DNA of 57,661 bases, counting the filler, from Platydemus manokwari (lineage: Eukaryota): the NCBI GenBank assembly GCA_037951405.1. It is 5 parts of 5 records of this genome, joined end to end, with 100 filler letters (N's around TTAATTAATTAA, not from the genome) between each part and the next. Parts side by side here need not be neighbours in the genome. Positions count along the whole stretch, not along the records: positions 21,700 to 30,423 come from JBBMOY011359760.1; positions 30,524 to 47,070 come from JBBMOY011165879.1; 3 more parts are not named here. One strand, 5' to 3'. The notes beneath the pieces are model-generated. The model was not told where the DNA came from, did not search any database, and saw only the letters and a list, made by a program, of their open reading frames with translations. How positions within the stretch are numbered: position 1 is the stretch's first letter; every line of letters starts with the position of its first letter. This document shows positions 26,815 to 39,121 of the stretch, piece after piece. Both the position numbers and the translations under genes were made by a program.

Positions 26815-28400
26815 CTTTGATCAAGTATTTCCAATCATACTTCTGTGTAAATTTCCCATTTGTTTTTCTCTCCGATAAATTTCCTCTAAATGTTCCATCA
26901 AGATAAACAAATACCAAATGTTGTTGCATAGATTATATTAATTTTAGTATTTTATTATTTTATACGATGCTATTTGATATCAGGGTTTTTTTTAATTTGC
27001 TTTATGTCAATATACCTTTCTTTATACACTGATGCTCTATGCTCATTTCTATTTTTATCGTTTGTCTTGACACTGATTTTAAGTGTTTATCCTTCATCTT
27101 CATTTTTTTAAAATCTTTTATTCACTTGTTGATTGAACAATATTATTGACAAATACTTTAAGCACACTTATTCCTTACACTGATTTATCTACACTATTTG
27201 CAGTAGATTTCCTTGTTCTATATATGATTTTTATATTATGACCTTGTAATTTAAATGCCAATTTAATAAAGTTATTAGATGTATTTCTATGTTTCATGAG
27301 GCTTTATAAAGAGTTGTAGTCCATCTTTAATATTATTTCTGTTCCATATACATGTTGGCTGAATTCTTTGAGCGCAAAAATCATTTCTGGACATTCTTGT
27401 TTTGTTGTGGAATATTCTTTCTTTGCTTCCTATAATAATCGGTTGACGTATTAGATTATATGATATGGCTCACCTTTATTTTGTGATCTTAATACAACTC
27501 AAAACATTTATTTACTAGCGTATGTAATTGCAATGAACAGCTTTTTCATATTGCAGTATTGGTGCTTTTGTTAGATTTTTCTCTCGTATTCTGAAGACAT
27601 GCCATTGTTTGTATTCACGTTTCAATTTTAATATGGCTTTATTTTTACTTGTACACAATGTACTCCCTTAATTTTTCTATTCTTTGCAAGTTTTAACTAC
27701 ATTCTTCGTTGAATTGAAAATTTGCATTGTAGCTCATAAATAATCTTCTTAAAATTTCCCACATTATCTGACCGCTCCAAAGCATATTCCCGTATCGTTA
27801 ATTATTTTAAGCATTGGGAAATTGGTTAAATTTTGTACTTTCTCGTGATTTTGTGTTATCAGCTGCGCTGATATTACGTACTCTAAGATGATACAAATGG
27901 TCAGAACTATTCGCACTTTTTGAGTTTTATTTTTTGTAATGATTTCCTTAATAGCAAATATATTTGTTCTATGTATGTAATATAGTCCTCAAAACTCGTT
28001 GAATATAATAATTTGAATATAATAATTTATGCCATTGCATGTGGTGCTTTCGTTAAGCCTGTGTTCATAAGTAGTTTGGATGTGGCTGGCATTCCTTTTG
28101 AAATATATGACATCTTTAATTTTTCATATATTTCTTTTCCTAAGCTAAAAGTTCTTTTTAAAATATATTCTGTCAATATGACTTAAGTATTTTCTTATTT
28201 TCCTCCTTAATGAAATTAGATTCTTCTTTTATTACTTTTGAATAATATTTCATTTCTTCTGGCACTGTGAATTGATTGCCAATTATCATCTTTACAGTTG
28301 TAATTTTTCGTAATATTTTTCTGATATTTCTGAAATATTTTGTTCATTGTCGGTCATACCTATTACTTACTAGTGGTAAAACTGACCATATTTTTATTTA
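26815..28400 (-). mobile_element. Decayed Ty3/gypsy retrotransposon internal region (RNase H recognisable)
   Basis: The minus strand of ~27430-27190 translates as EAKKEYSTTKQECPEMIFALKEFSQHVYGTEIILKMDYNSL...LAFKLQGHNIKIIYRTRKSTANSVD, matching the gypsy RNase H consensus NYSTTEKECLA..F..YLYG..TDH..LQEY...YRPGK. Boundaries are approximate. Confidence 0.7.
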
Positions 28401-29099
28401 ACCATCAATAGTAGTGGTTATGGTCAGTGTTTAATGCCACACTCTATAAAAATTTTTTTTGACACGCTAATTTCCTACACAAGAAAAATACAAAGAAATA
28501 TAGTTAAAAATAATATTAATTTTATGTTTCAAAAATGACTATGAATGGAGGATTTGAGAAAAAATTATTTTAATAAAAATTTAGATTCAAATGTAATATT
28601 ATAAATTTTTGTTAAATACTTTTCGGTAGTCCGATAATTTCACAACTTTTCATACAATGCGAAAAAACGGTTGAGGCTCTATTCCTATGAACTACACATT
28701 TTTCAAAAAAATAAATTAGAATTTTCAAAACAAATTGTCCCAGGACAGCTGATCGGTTAACACTTTAAAATATCCGTATCCATTTACCGAATATTTTAGT
28801 TAATTTCGTTTCACTTATTTCGGCAGTCATTTCAAAACTAAAGAAATACAAAAAGAAATAATGTGCGGTCACACCAATAAATATAAATAAATAAATAAAT
28901 AATAAATAAACAATAAATACCGGTTATATATTTTTTGAAATTCTTTCTACTTACTTTTGTAAATCGATATTTCAAATTGTTAATATTATTTTTTTAGACT
29001 TTTCGAATCTTATTCCGATTTTAATATTGATAGCAGATTCATGATCCATAACCTTTTTCTTTATTAGGTGAGTCTTTTTATCATGAAATATTTTATACA

Positions 29100-30335
29100 A
29101 AATAAAGTTTCTTTGTTTTAATAAATTAACTTTGATAGAACCTTACAAGAATAATTTCACTTTTTAAATCTATCAATAAGTTATAAGTTTAGTTTTGCAA
29201 ACTTCTTCAATAATAAATATTTCTCCTCAATATTCCGTTGCATAACATTTTTCAAATTGGTTTTGATACTTAAAAATTCTTGATCGATCCTTTAAATTTT
29301 GGTTTTATATTCAAACTAGAATTTTCATTATTATGTTTTTCGATTAATTCCTTAATTGTTTGAGGATTTTTAATTGCTTTCACAGGACTAACTTCAGTTA
29401 TTGAATAAAATTTATTATTATATTTATTTACAAAATGTTTTAATAATTAATCATTCCATTTCTGGTGCCCAACATAATACTTCTTAAGGTTCTAATAAAT
29501 CTTTTAACAAAAACAACTTTTCCTTCATTTTAAGTATGATGCAAAATAATTATTCATTATTCTCACAAAACTTTTTAAAAAATTTAATTGTTATTCAAGT
29601 TTCTTTATTAAATCAAATATATTTATGATTTCTCAGAGATTTTTCAAAATAACTTTCAAAGCTTCTCTTGTTTTTTATTTATCAAAAGAATACACCAACC
29701 ACATCATGCGTATAAATCCATAACAACTAAAATATATTTATATTCACCAGTAGATTCTTTTGACATAACAACTGAATCTGCACTGTGTGTGTTATTCCTA
29801 CCAAATATTTTAAACCTTAAGATTTTTTATAATTCTTATATTTATGATGTGTTTCTTGAGCTAAAGGGTCCTCATTTCATAGAGGGTGGTTATCGACATC
29901 AATAATTATTATACCTTCTCATCAGGGTTTTCATATATTTTCTAATTTGCTAAATCTTTAGCTTTTCTAGAAAGTTTACCTCTATAATAAGATTTTTCAG
30001 ATTTATTTCTTGACCAATCATAATCTGTCCTTCAATAATCTTTCTAATTTTTCACTTAAAGTAAGATTAATAAATGCTGTTAACAGGTTGATATCAATTT
30101 TTAAGAATTAAAGGAATATCTAATTTCCGTATTTTATTATAATTACTGTCAATTTCATCATGATTTTGTAAATTTTCTTAAAGATTCGTACCATGTTCAG
30201 CATAATTATGTACATAATTACTTTTGTTAAATGGATTCAAAATTTTTATATAAAATTTTCGATTATGACAACCAGTAGATAATTTATTTAAAATCCTATT
30301 ATTTGTAATTGTTTGTTGGATATTGCCTCCCTAAA
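29100..30335 (-). mobile_element. Decayed Polinton/Maverick (adintovirus-like) fragment: PLA2X-like region plus retroviral-type integrase
   Basis: Minus-strand peptides GGNIQQTIT...HNYAEHGTNL*ENL; LAQETHHKYK...THSADSVVMSKE..EYKYILVVMDLYA*CGWCILLINKNK; NEGKVVFVKRFIRTLRSIM; KPKFK...RIFKYQNQFEKCYATEY*GEIFIIEEVCKTKLITY...EIILVRFYQ. Confidence 0.8.
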
Positions 30336-30423
30336 ATTAAAACCGATTAATTTTTTATTTCTATTTTATTTGTGCTTTTATTCGTACTTATATGTTAAAT
30401 TTATATTTTAAATATGTTATAAA

Positions 30424-30523
30424 NNNNNNNNNNNNNNNNNNNNNNNNNNNNNNNNNNNNNNNNNNNNTTAATTAATTAANNNNNNNNNNNNNNNNNNNNN
30501 NNNNNNNNNNNNNNNNNNNNNNN
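30424..30523. other. Artificial 100-nt contig spacer
   Basis: 44 N + TTAATTAATTAA + 44 N. Confidence 0.97.
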
Positions 30524-30569
<46 letters not shown>

Positions 30570-30606
30570 TAATAATAATAATAATGATAATAATAATAAC
30601 AATAAT
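30524..30606. repeat. (AAT)n microsatellite at the contig start
   Basis: About 27 near-perfect AAT units. Confidence 0.95.
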
Positions 30607-30675
30607 ATTTATCATAATATTAAAATAATAACGAATAATAATAAAATAATAATGAATATAATTCTCTCATCACAA

Positions 30676-31028
30676 ATGGCTGAATCCAGAAAAAGTTACA
30701 CCGTAGAATATGAGATGTCGATTGTAGAAGAGTCTATAGACAAGAACCTAACCATTTTCTGCAAGGAAAAGAACCTTAACATAAAGATAGTTCATAGACG
30801 GAGATCTGCTTAAACAAACCTATGTAAGTCAGTTGCCGATGGGAACAATAAGAATAGAAAGATTAGAACGGTAATAACGCCAGCAAATAAATATTGTAAT
30901 AAAAATAAATTATGATTTTTTAAGTAATCGGTAAAAAATATATCAGCAATCCTCAAATATAAGTGCTGCCCAACTTTTTTCGACGGAAAATAATATAAAC
31001 GACCTCTTATTATAGGAAAAACACGGTA
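30676..31028 (+). mobile_element. Internally deleted pogo-like element (Brinker-type DNA-binding N-terminus plus right TIR)
   Basis: MAESRKSYTVEYEMSIVEES...EKNLNIKIVHRRR resembles POGK-type RRSY...KL.VVE..E...V.DWRK. The element ends in CCTCTTATTATAGGAAAAACACGG-TA (reverse complement TACCGTGTTTTTCCTATAATAAG), a pogo-type terminus. Confidence 0.6.
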
Positions 31029-31295
31029 TATATATTATAAAGTTTAAGATTATTCCTTACTAAAGAATATATTATTCTTTATCCAATACTCTGTATTCGT
31101 CTTCCTAACTACCACTCCTTCCAAACCCAAAATTTTTACTAAGTTTAAAAATTATAATAGAAAACTCCTATTAGCTACCAGTTTTGTTAACCACCGCCTT
31201 TTTAAAAAATATTTAATGATTTATTTTTATTTTTGCCATTATGAAGTTATTTTAATATTAATTATTTATGAAAAATCTTTCATTGGACCTTACTT

Positions 31296-32400
31296 ATGGC
31301 AAAACGAAAGTGTGTAAAGTTAACTGTTGTTGAAATAATTGAAATTTTGAAGTACATCGAATCTTATCCTGTATATTTAGATAACAGAGTAGCAGATGTT
31401 TTCTCAGGTAAATTTAAAAAAGAACTTTCAAAAAGAACTATCAGTGATATCAAAAGAAACTTGGATTTTTGATTAAAAATGCTGATCTTGAACACAAAAG
31501 TGTTTGCCGAATTCCCGTTTCAAAGTTTTATGTTTCAGACAAAGAATTGCCAGTATGAGTTGATAGACCTGAAGAAAAAGGTGCTATCATTGTGGAGAAT
31601 ATAATAAAAAAAATTAGTCCAAATAGCTGATTTAAATGCTATACAATATTTTAAATCTTCCAATGGGTGGTTAATGAAAGAACTTTGTTGAATTTAAGAA
31701 ATCTACATGGTGAATCACATACCATGTCAACCACACAACTGGAAGATTTTTTAAATGAACTTAGATTTAAAATTAAAGAATATGGACCAGAAAAAAATTA
31801 TCTTTTAAAAACTTATTCTGTCTAAATCAATATGTAAAAATGTTAGGAACGACTATAAAATATTGAAAGATAGAAACTTTGTTTTATTTTGTGTAAATAT
31901 GAATGAAAGTCATAAATGAAAACCTGCTGTAATAGGTAAAATTTCTTAATCGAGGTGTTTCAAAGGTTTATCATATTCTTCCTTGGTTAAATAATATGGT
32001 TCTTCAAATGCATGGATGGCCAATAAAATTTTTAATAAATGTTATTTAGATTTGGATTTCAAATCGCAAAAAAGGTTCTGTTGATTATAAATAACTGCAC
32101 AGCTCATAAAATACAAGTGAACTTGAAATTGATTGATGGGGTATTTTTACCTCCCAATTCAACCAGCTTATTACAGTAACTTGATTAAGGTATTACTAAA
32201 TGTTTTAAAACAATTTTTACTAGTAAGAAATTAAATGACATAATTTAAAAAATAGACTGCGGAGAATCTACATTTGCAGCTTATAAAAAATTAAATCTAA
32301 AAGACGCAATTATTTTTTTTAACACTTTCTTTGAATGAAATAAAAACTTCAACAATTTCGAACTGCTTTAGTCATGCTAAATGTACCAAAAAGGAAAGTT
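31296..32400 (+). mobile_element. Tigger/pogo (CENP-B HTH + DDE_1) transposase pseudogene
   Basis: MAKRKCVKLTVVEIIEIL, FKSSNGWL, LHGES, KDRNFVLFCVNMNESHK*KPAVIGK, SNAWM, KVLLIINNCTAHK and FLPPNSTSLLQ*LD*GI, with many stops and frameshifts. Confidence 0.9.
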
Positions 32401-32499
32401 GTCAATTTACAATATAATCAGTTGATAATTTTAATGAATTTGTTTTTAAAACACGGATACTTGATAATCAAAAATAGCTGCTAACTATGAAGTTCAAAT

Positions 32500-32620
32500 T
32501 GAAATTAAAATTCATAAAACTCAACTGAAACACTAAAACGAAAAAATAAAAATTGCAACACTTCCGTAAAACATAATGAACAATAAATAATCAGTTTTTC
32601 CCAATTTCGTTTCTGAATAG
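32500..32620 (+). repeat. Dispersed direct repeat, second copy at ~37003-37130
   Basis: AAATTCATAAAACTCAACTGAAACACT...ATGAACAATAAA...AGTTTTT(C/T)CCAATT is present in both copies. Confidence 0.8.
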
Positions 32621-35564
32621 CCACTGTGAGGTTTATTTAAAAATACCACAATTAAAATTTACATAGGATATTTTTAAAAAGTTATAATAAAAATTAATAT
32701 AGCATATTAATATTTATTAAAGGATCTTGCTTAAAAAATAATGTTAAACTCTTTGTTTTAAAATTATTAAAATTAGTAAAATTATTAAATATAAAATTTA
32801 ATTTTTGGCAAAATATTAGAGTTTGGACTTGATCATCAACTCAAATGTTCACCATCATATTAATTAAAATTAGAGGCTCTTTCCATTTTCTACATCAGGT
32901 GTCGATAGTGTTCGATTTCAAAATTTTCTTTCTTCAATTTCATCAATATCTTTAATTTTCTTTTATAATAGTTGCATTTATCTGTTATACAGTCTAGCAC
33001 CTGCATTTGTTTTTTTATTATAAAATCATTTAACATTGATTCCTGTGCCTTTCGTGTAATTTACAAAAATATTTTGATGAAGACACTGGCTGATTTATGC
33101 TTTAAAGTGTACTGAAGTTATAAAATCAATATAATGACCTTCAAAAAAATTTAAAAAAACTCCCGAAACTAACACTTTGATATATGATCCTCTTAAGATA
33201 AACCCAATGACTCATCTCAGTTGATTTCGATTACTTACACTATGATGTTTTTCAATAGAGAACAATTTTAACGTATATAAATTTATTATGTATGTAGAGA
33301 TTTCTAGAATTTACCGACTGAAACACTGATAATCCCAACAGATATTCCACCGGGCCATCGATTTTGTAGTTCTTTCAGCAAATCCGAATCAAAGGGGATA
33401 AGTAATTTTGTAATGATCACGAAGTGGACAAGATCAGGTGAAATATACGAATTCAAGAGGAGTTCTTTTCACAACAATGTTTATAAATCAAATAATAATG
33501 AGAGTATGAAGATGTAAAGATTTATTTCTCATTTCAAAATCAAATTCCAAAATTCTGGATTTTTGTTGTTCAATTTTTGTTAATTACAGTCGGTTTTCAC
33601 AGGCATGAAAATGTTCAGTGTGCACCCCGTTTTTAATCAATTATCAGGGTAAAATCTAAAAAACTTCTTTCTTTAGGAACACAATATATCAGAAAATAAA
33701 ACACTCTCATAAAAAGTATTTCTTAAGAATTTTATATTGAGGAAAATAGAGAAAAATCAATAATTTTAAAAATTCTGGAGTAAATAACAACTGTCCGAAT
33801 ATAAAAGCGAATACTTGATCTAATTATGCCCATGTATTCAGTTCTGACTCATACTTTGCATTTTTGATAACTTTGTTTTCAAAAAATAAAGCCAACTAAA
33901 AAATCAATATTTTTGAATACTTCTTTGAAAAATTTAGATTAGTGCGAATCAAGATCTGAAATCATTATTTAAAGGGTTATACCCTTGCAAAAATGGTCAC
34001 AAAAATAAAAGCAAATTAAAAGAGATTTTATCTAATTGCTATATATGGGATTTATAGCTGAATGAATTCAGAGTTAAATCAAAATGAAACATTAAAGTTT
34101 ATTTTTATTAAAACAATTAATTTAAAGCACAGATTTTTTAATTGGTAGCCTAGTGCGTATGCACTTTGGCACTTTAAAACATGAAAATATAATGTAAAAT
34201 AAAATATTTCCAACATACTTGCCTTATAATTAATTTAAACAAATTTTTTTAAAATTTTATATAATAATATGTAATTTTATATGATAATATGTACTCTATG
34301 TAATAATAATTATTAATTAGAATATAATCATTATTTATAATTAATTATCTGATTGAGCCATGATCAGTAATCATGGTCGTCACTAAATCTGTAATCCATT
34401 ATGAATTGGATTTCTTTAAGTTTTCGGACTCCAAAGGTATTTATCCTAATGACAATAATGCTTAAAAAAGTATTGCTTATCAGCGTTTTAAAATACCGTC
34501 GGGTACTGAATGGTTTTTTTCCATCTTGAATTTTATTATTTGATGAATTGGTCTCTAAATTAGTATATAAATGGATAGCTATTTCTTAGAATTGTTTTAG
34601 TCCGATCTGTCTCTGATCCCAGACACTGATGAAGTCCATTAAAAGCTGAAAGAAGACACTATCCGTATCATAAAACCACTATCATCACCACAGCCATTGT
34701 CCTTGAATGCTCGGAGAGATCAAAAAATCCTGAACCGAAGTACTGATGAGGCCCTACGGAGGACCAGAATAGGACTAATTTTTAGCAAAAAGTAAGTTTT
34801 TTTTTTTATTATCTTGACTACTTGATATTATTAATGTTACATCTTGCAACAAAAGCAGATCTTCTTTCAAATATTAATTTGTTCGAAATATCTATCTACA
34901 GAAAGAAAATCATTTGTGATAAAAATATACTAGGCGTTGTTGTAATTCCGAAAATTATAAAGTAAATTAAACACACCTGATGTACAAATTAATGAATAGT
35001 AACCTAAAATACAAATTGAAAATTATCTTATAATATTTGGATGAGCCTGAGTTATCTTGGTAAATTCTGTTTTGTAAGTTTAAATTATATTTTTGAATTC
35101 ATTAATTTAGCCATATATTTATGTTACAAAGAAAATTATAATTTGAATTTTTTCTAGAGAAAAACCTATTTTTTCATCTGTAGAATTATTTAAATATTCT
35201 ATTTCATTTAAATACGTAAAATGAAAAAAACGCGTCACCAAATGGATGTAATTGGATTTGTAATAATTGTAAGTTCCCTTTTGATCGTTCACGTTCAGCT
35301 TAATTAGTCGTTGTTGGATTTCAAGTTATCTTCTTACAACAAAGAAGATTATTTATAGCTTTATATAAAATTTTAAAATGCAGTTAAAAAATATAATTTT
35401 ATGTATTTACTTTTTTAAAATCAAAATCTATAGATGTTTAGATGATATGGATTGTTCAAGCATCGATTTAAAACTAAGGAAGCTTATAAAACACTAATAA
35501 AGATATAGATTATTGATTTTCAGAAAAATATAAAGTGTTGGTTGTAATTAATAAACAGGCTTCA

Positions 35565-35800
35565 GCTAGTCATAGTAGATCCAAGTCGAGGATTTCTTGG
35601 TCACAATTCTCCCGTTGAAATTATGTCTTTCATTTGCTTTTCGCTCAATTATTGTCTTTGTTTCTCCGTTATGTTTTTTTCTATCCTGACTCATTCCTGT
35701 TCATAAATTAAAATTCCGTTGTTAAAGTTATTGACTGAGATACTCCGGTGGTATATATTGTTGCCATCTTTTTCAAGTGCTGATTGTATTTATTACGTTC
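35565..35800 (-). mobile_element. Highly decayed mariner transposase fragment
   Basis: Minus-strand E*VRIEKNITEKQRQ...RIVTKKSSTWIYYD resembles mariner WVPHELTEKQ...RIVTGDETWIYYD. Confidence 0.45.
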
Positions 35801-38800
35801 CTTTGAAGTCCTTACAACAACTATAAAATAAATTGTGAGTTTTACTATAGCATAACTCAATGTATGTTGACATTTTAGAAATTCCAGTTAAGGTTGTAAT
35901 AGATTTCTTTAATAGAAAGTTGGATATTTTTTACATTGAGTGTATATGTTTTTCTCTATCTGTACCTTGTTAAATGGTTTATTTTCATCAATTTTTATAA
36001 AGAAAATTTAACAGAATCTATATGGTACAGCATATTTAATTTAGTTTGTGATACATAGTCTAGGGAAAGCAATTAATAAGGGGTTCCAATAATAATAAAC
36101 AACAATTTCAACCAATACATGCAATGTTCAACTGATATTGAAGGCGGATGTGAATAAAATAATATTATTTTTTATAGTTTACTACAAAATAATCGTGATA
36201 TTACCTTGTTTCAGGTAAAATCTGATAACGGAGAAAAAATAATGAGGATATTCAATACTAAACAAAATTAAGAAAGGCTTTGTGTTGATTTCGAATATAC
36301 ATCTCCGAAAAATGAGCCAAACCCTTATGATAACAATAACAGCGTTCATATTTCATTGATTTTGTTCATTTATTTTGATGATATTAATATTATATATAAA
36401 ATCTCACTCGGTAAGAAATTTCCCCATTATTTTCCACCTAGATAATTGATTGGCACATAACTCTAGTTTCTATATTTGATTTTTAAATCTTTCATTTTTA
36501 GATTAGAATTAGCTAATTTATAAGATAAAAAACAAGAAATATTAGTATAAGTTTTAGAATTAGAATTTCGAAATATATTAAGTTTGACATTAACAAGTAA
36601 AAGTTTTAAAAAGTTTTGTGATGATAATGGTATTATTTTCTTTAGATAAAGGGAATAAAGAATGATTTGAATTTCCTTTAAGATTCATGTGATATTGAAT
36701 AAAACAGGTTAGAAACCCTTTTACAGCTGTTGATTAAAAAAATGACTGTTTGATATTTTATAAAACACCTATCAAAAACCAACTGATTTTCTTTTCATTT
36801 TTAATTGACATTGTACCGAATACTCTACTACTTATCTACATAAAAATCTCTAATTCATCTATCTTCTTTACATCCTCTTTATATGTCCTCTATATTCTCA
36901 ACTTCTTCCTCTTTCTTTTTCATAATTTTAAAAACATTGAAACAAATCTTTAAAAATTTAATTCATTTCAAATTTTCGCAACTATGATGACCAAAACTTA
37001 CATTAAATTCATAAAACTCAACTGAAACACTGTAATGAAAGAAATCAATTTCTCATGAAAATAAGCGAAATTGTAACAATTCCAAAAACCATTATGAACA
37101 ATAAAAAATGAGTTTTTTCCAATTCAGTTTTTAAAAAGTCTCAAAGTATTATAATGTTGGGTTGTCTAGGATTGTTTTTATTGATGTTACTGGTAAACTC
37201 AACAGCGTGAGTTCTTCTGTATGATTTTAAGATATTGATGTAAATCAAATATTCCACTAATCCAATATACTTTTATTTATTATGACAAATCGATTTACAA
37301 ATTGAGTCAAACTATTAAATCAAATTAGGTAATTTTGTCAAACAAATCGGTTTAGTGATCTTACGGGGAACGTGAGAACTTATTGAGTTACCTTAATGAT
37401 TTCATTATAGATTTTAAAATATTGATTCCGAAGATGGGATCCTTCAGAATTCAAAGAGTTAGTATTTATTTTATTACTTATTAGAAGCTACTAAATTATT
37501 ATTTCTTTACCGTTTTTCAAACGTTTTTCAGTTTTAAAAAATTTTTCACTCATGAACTTTAAGCTTCACATTTTTAAGAGTGAATTGTAATGGAAATCCA
37601 TCAACTTGTATAAATGCTGAGATTCGGTACTTTATAAGTAGGATTTCCCATCAATATTGTAAATTGTAAACATTTTTATTACTTTAACCCTTCATTATTT
37701 ATCATTTTAAAAGTTTCTTAACTTTAAAATTCTATAAATTTGGCTAAGCTCATATATTCTTATCATATAAATTATCGATATTACAAATAAATTATTAAAT
37801 TTTTTTTATTCTTTTCTTATTTCTTATTGTGATTGCTTGATTAAATTTTATTAATATATTTTTATTTAAAAAATTAAATTCAACTTTTTACAAATAAAAA
37901 ATCATAAAAAATATCACAGTTGAATCAATAAAAAAATGTCATCATAAAGAACTCAAACAAACAAAAATTTATCATAAATTCAATAATAAGTTCAGTGTCA
38001 CAAAGTTACGGATAAATGGCTAGGAGGAATTGATTCTGGATTGTTGAAAAATGAATTTGAATTCGGAGCAGTACCCCGGGAACTCTTGTTCACTATCAGA
38101 CATCGAAATCCACACTCCTGTTTCTCATACCCCGAATCTCCCAATTTGGGTTTGATTTTATTTAGTTTGGTTTCACTGGTGCGGTGGGTTTCTGCTTTTT
38201 AAAAAGCGACGCATTGGGCTTTTTAAATTTATTTGATTGGAATGAAGTCGCTTGTTGTTGTACAGATTAGGATGATGTTGCTGGGTATTCTGCAAATCCC
38301 ACAATTCTGCTCTTCCATTCATGATATGAACTAATGGTAATTGTAGCTTTTTCTTTCTCGCTCTCCCCACTATCTAAATATTGTACTAGCCGGTCAATGC
38401 TTAAAAATATGAAATAATTTAGAATATCACACTACGTGGAATCACTAAATCACAGGCGAAAAAATTAGAAATTAGAGAGTCATGTTCTGAGATAAAATAT
38501 GGCTGCCAAACGCCTATTTGCACATAAATTAAATCCAAACTTCTTGTTCAATTATCTTCAAAATAATTCCTTTAACTTTTGAGAAATTCGAGTAATAAAA
38601 TTTTATGATTTAATATTTAATAATATAAACAAAAACTAAACTTTAAACCTTTGAATGATATAATATGATTTTAAAATAATCGTTTTAAACAAAAGTAAAA
38701 TTGATAAATTCGAAGAATAATTTATTAACTTAGAGCCAAATGGAGAATGTCTATGTCAACTCAAACAACAAGTCCATTCACTCAATTGAACTTTTAGAAA

Positions 38801-39121
38801 ATTCTCTATTAACAATCTATTTACAATCAAAATATAAAATGATTGTTTTTGAAAATTTTAAAGTGATTATAGGTGATAAATTTGATTTGCACTTCTCTAA
38901 TAATCTTTCATAGAGTTAATTATTATAATTGAATAACAAAGGTCTCCTAATAATGTTAGAAAACTTTATCAATAAAAGTTTTCATGTATTACATTTATAT
39001 TATCATTATATTATTGATTATTCATAGAAAATTTCGAGACATCATGTTTTAATATTTCAAAAGTATATCAAAAAATGTGATTCACAAATTTTATTTGTTT
39101 TACAAATCAAGAATATTCTAT

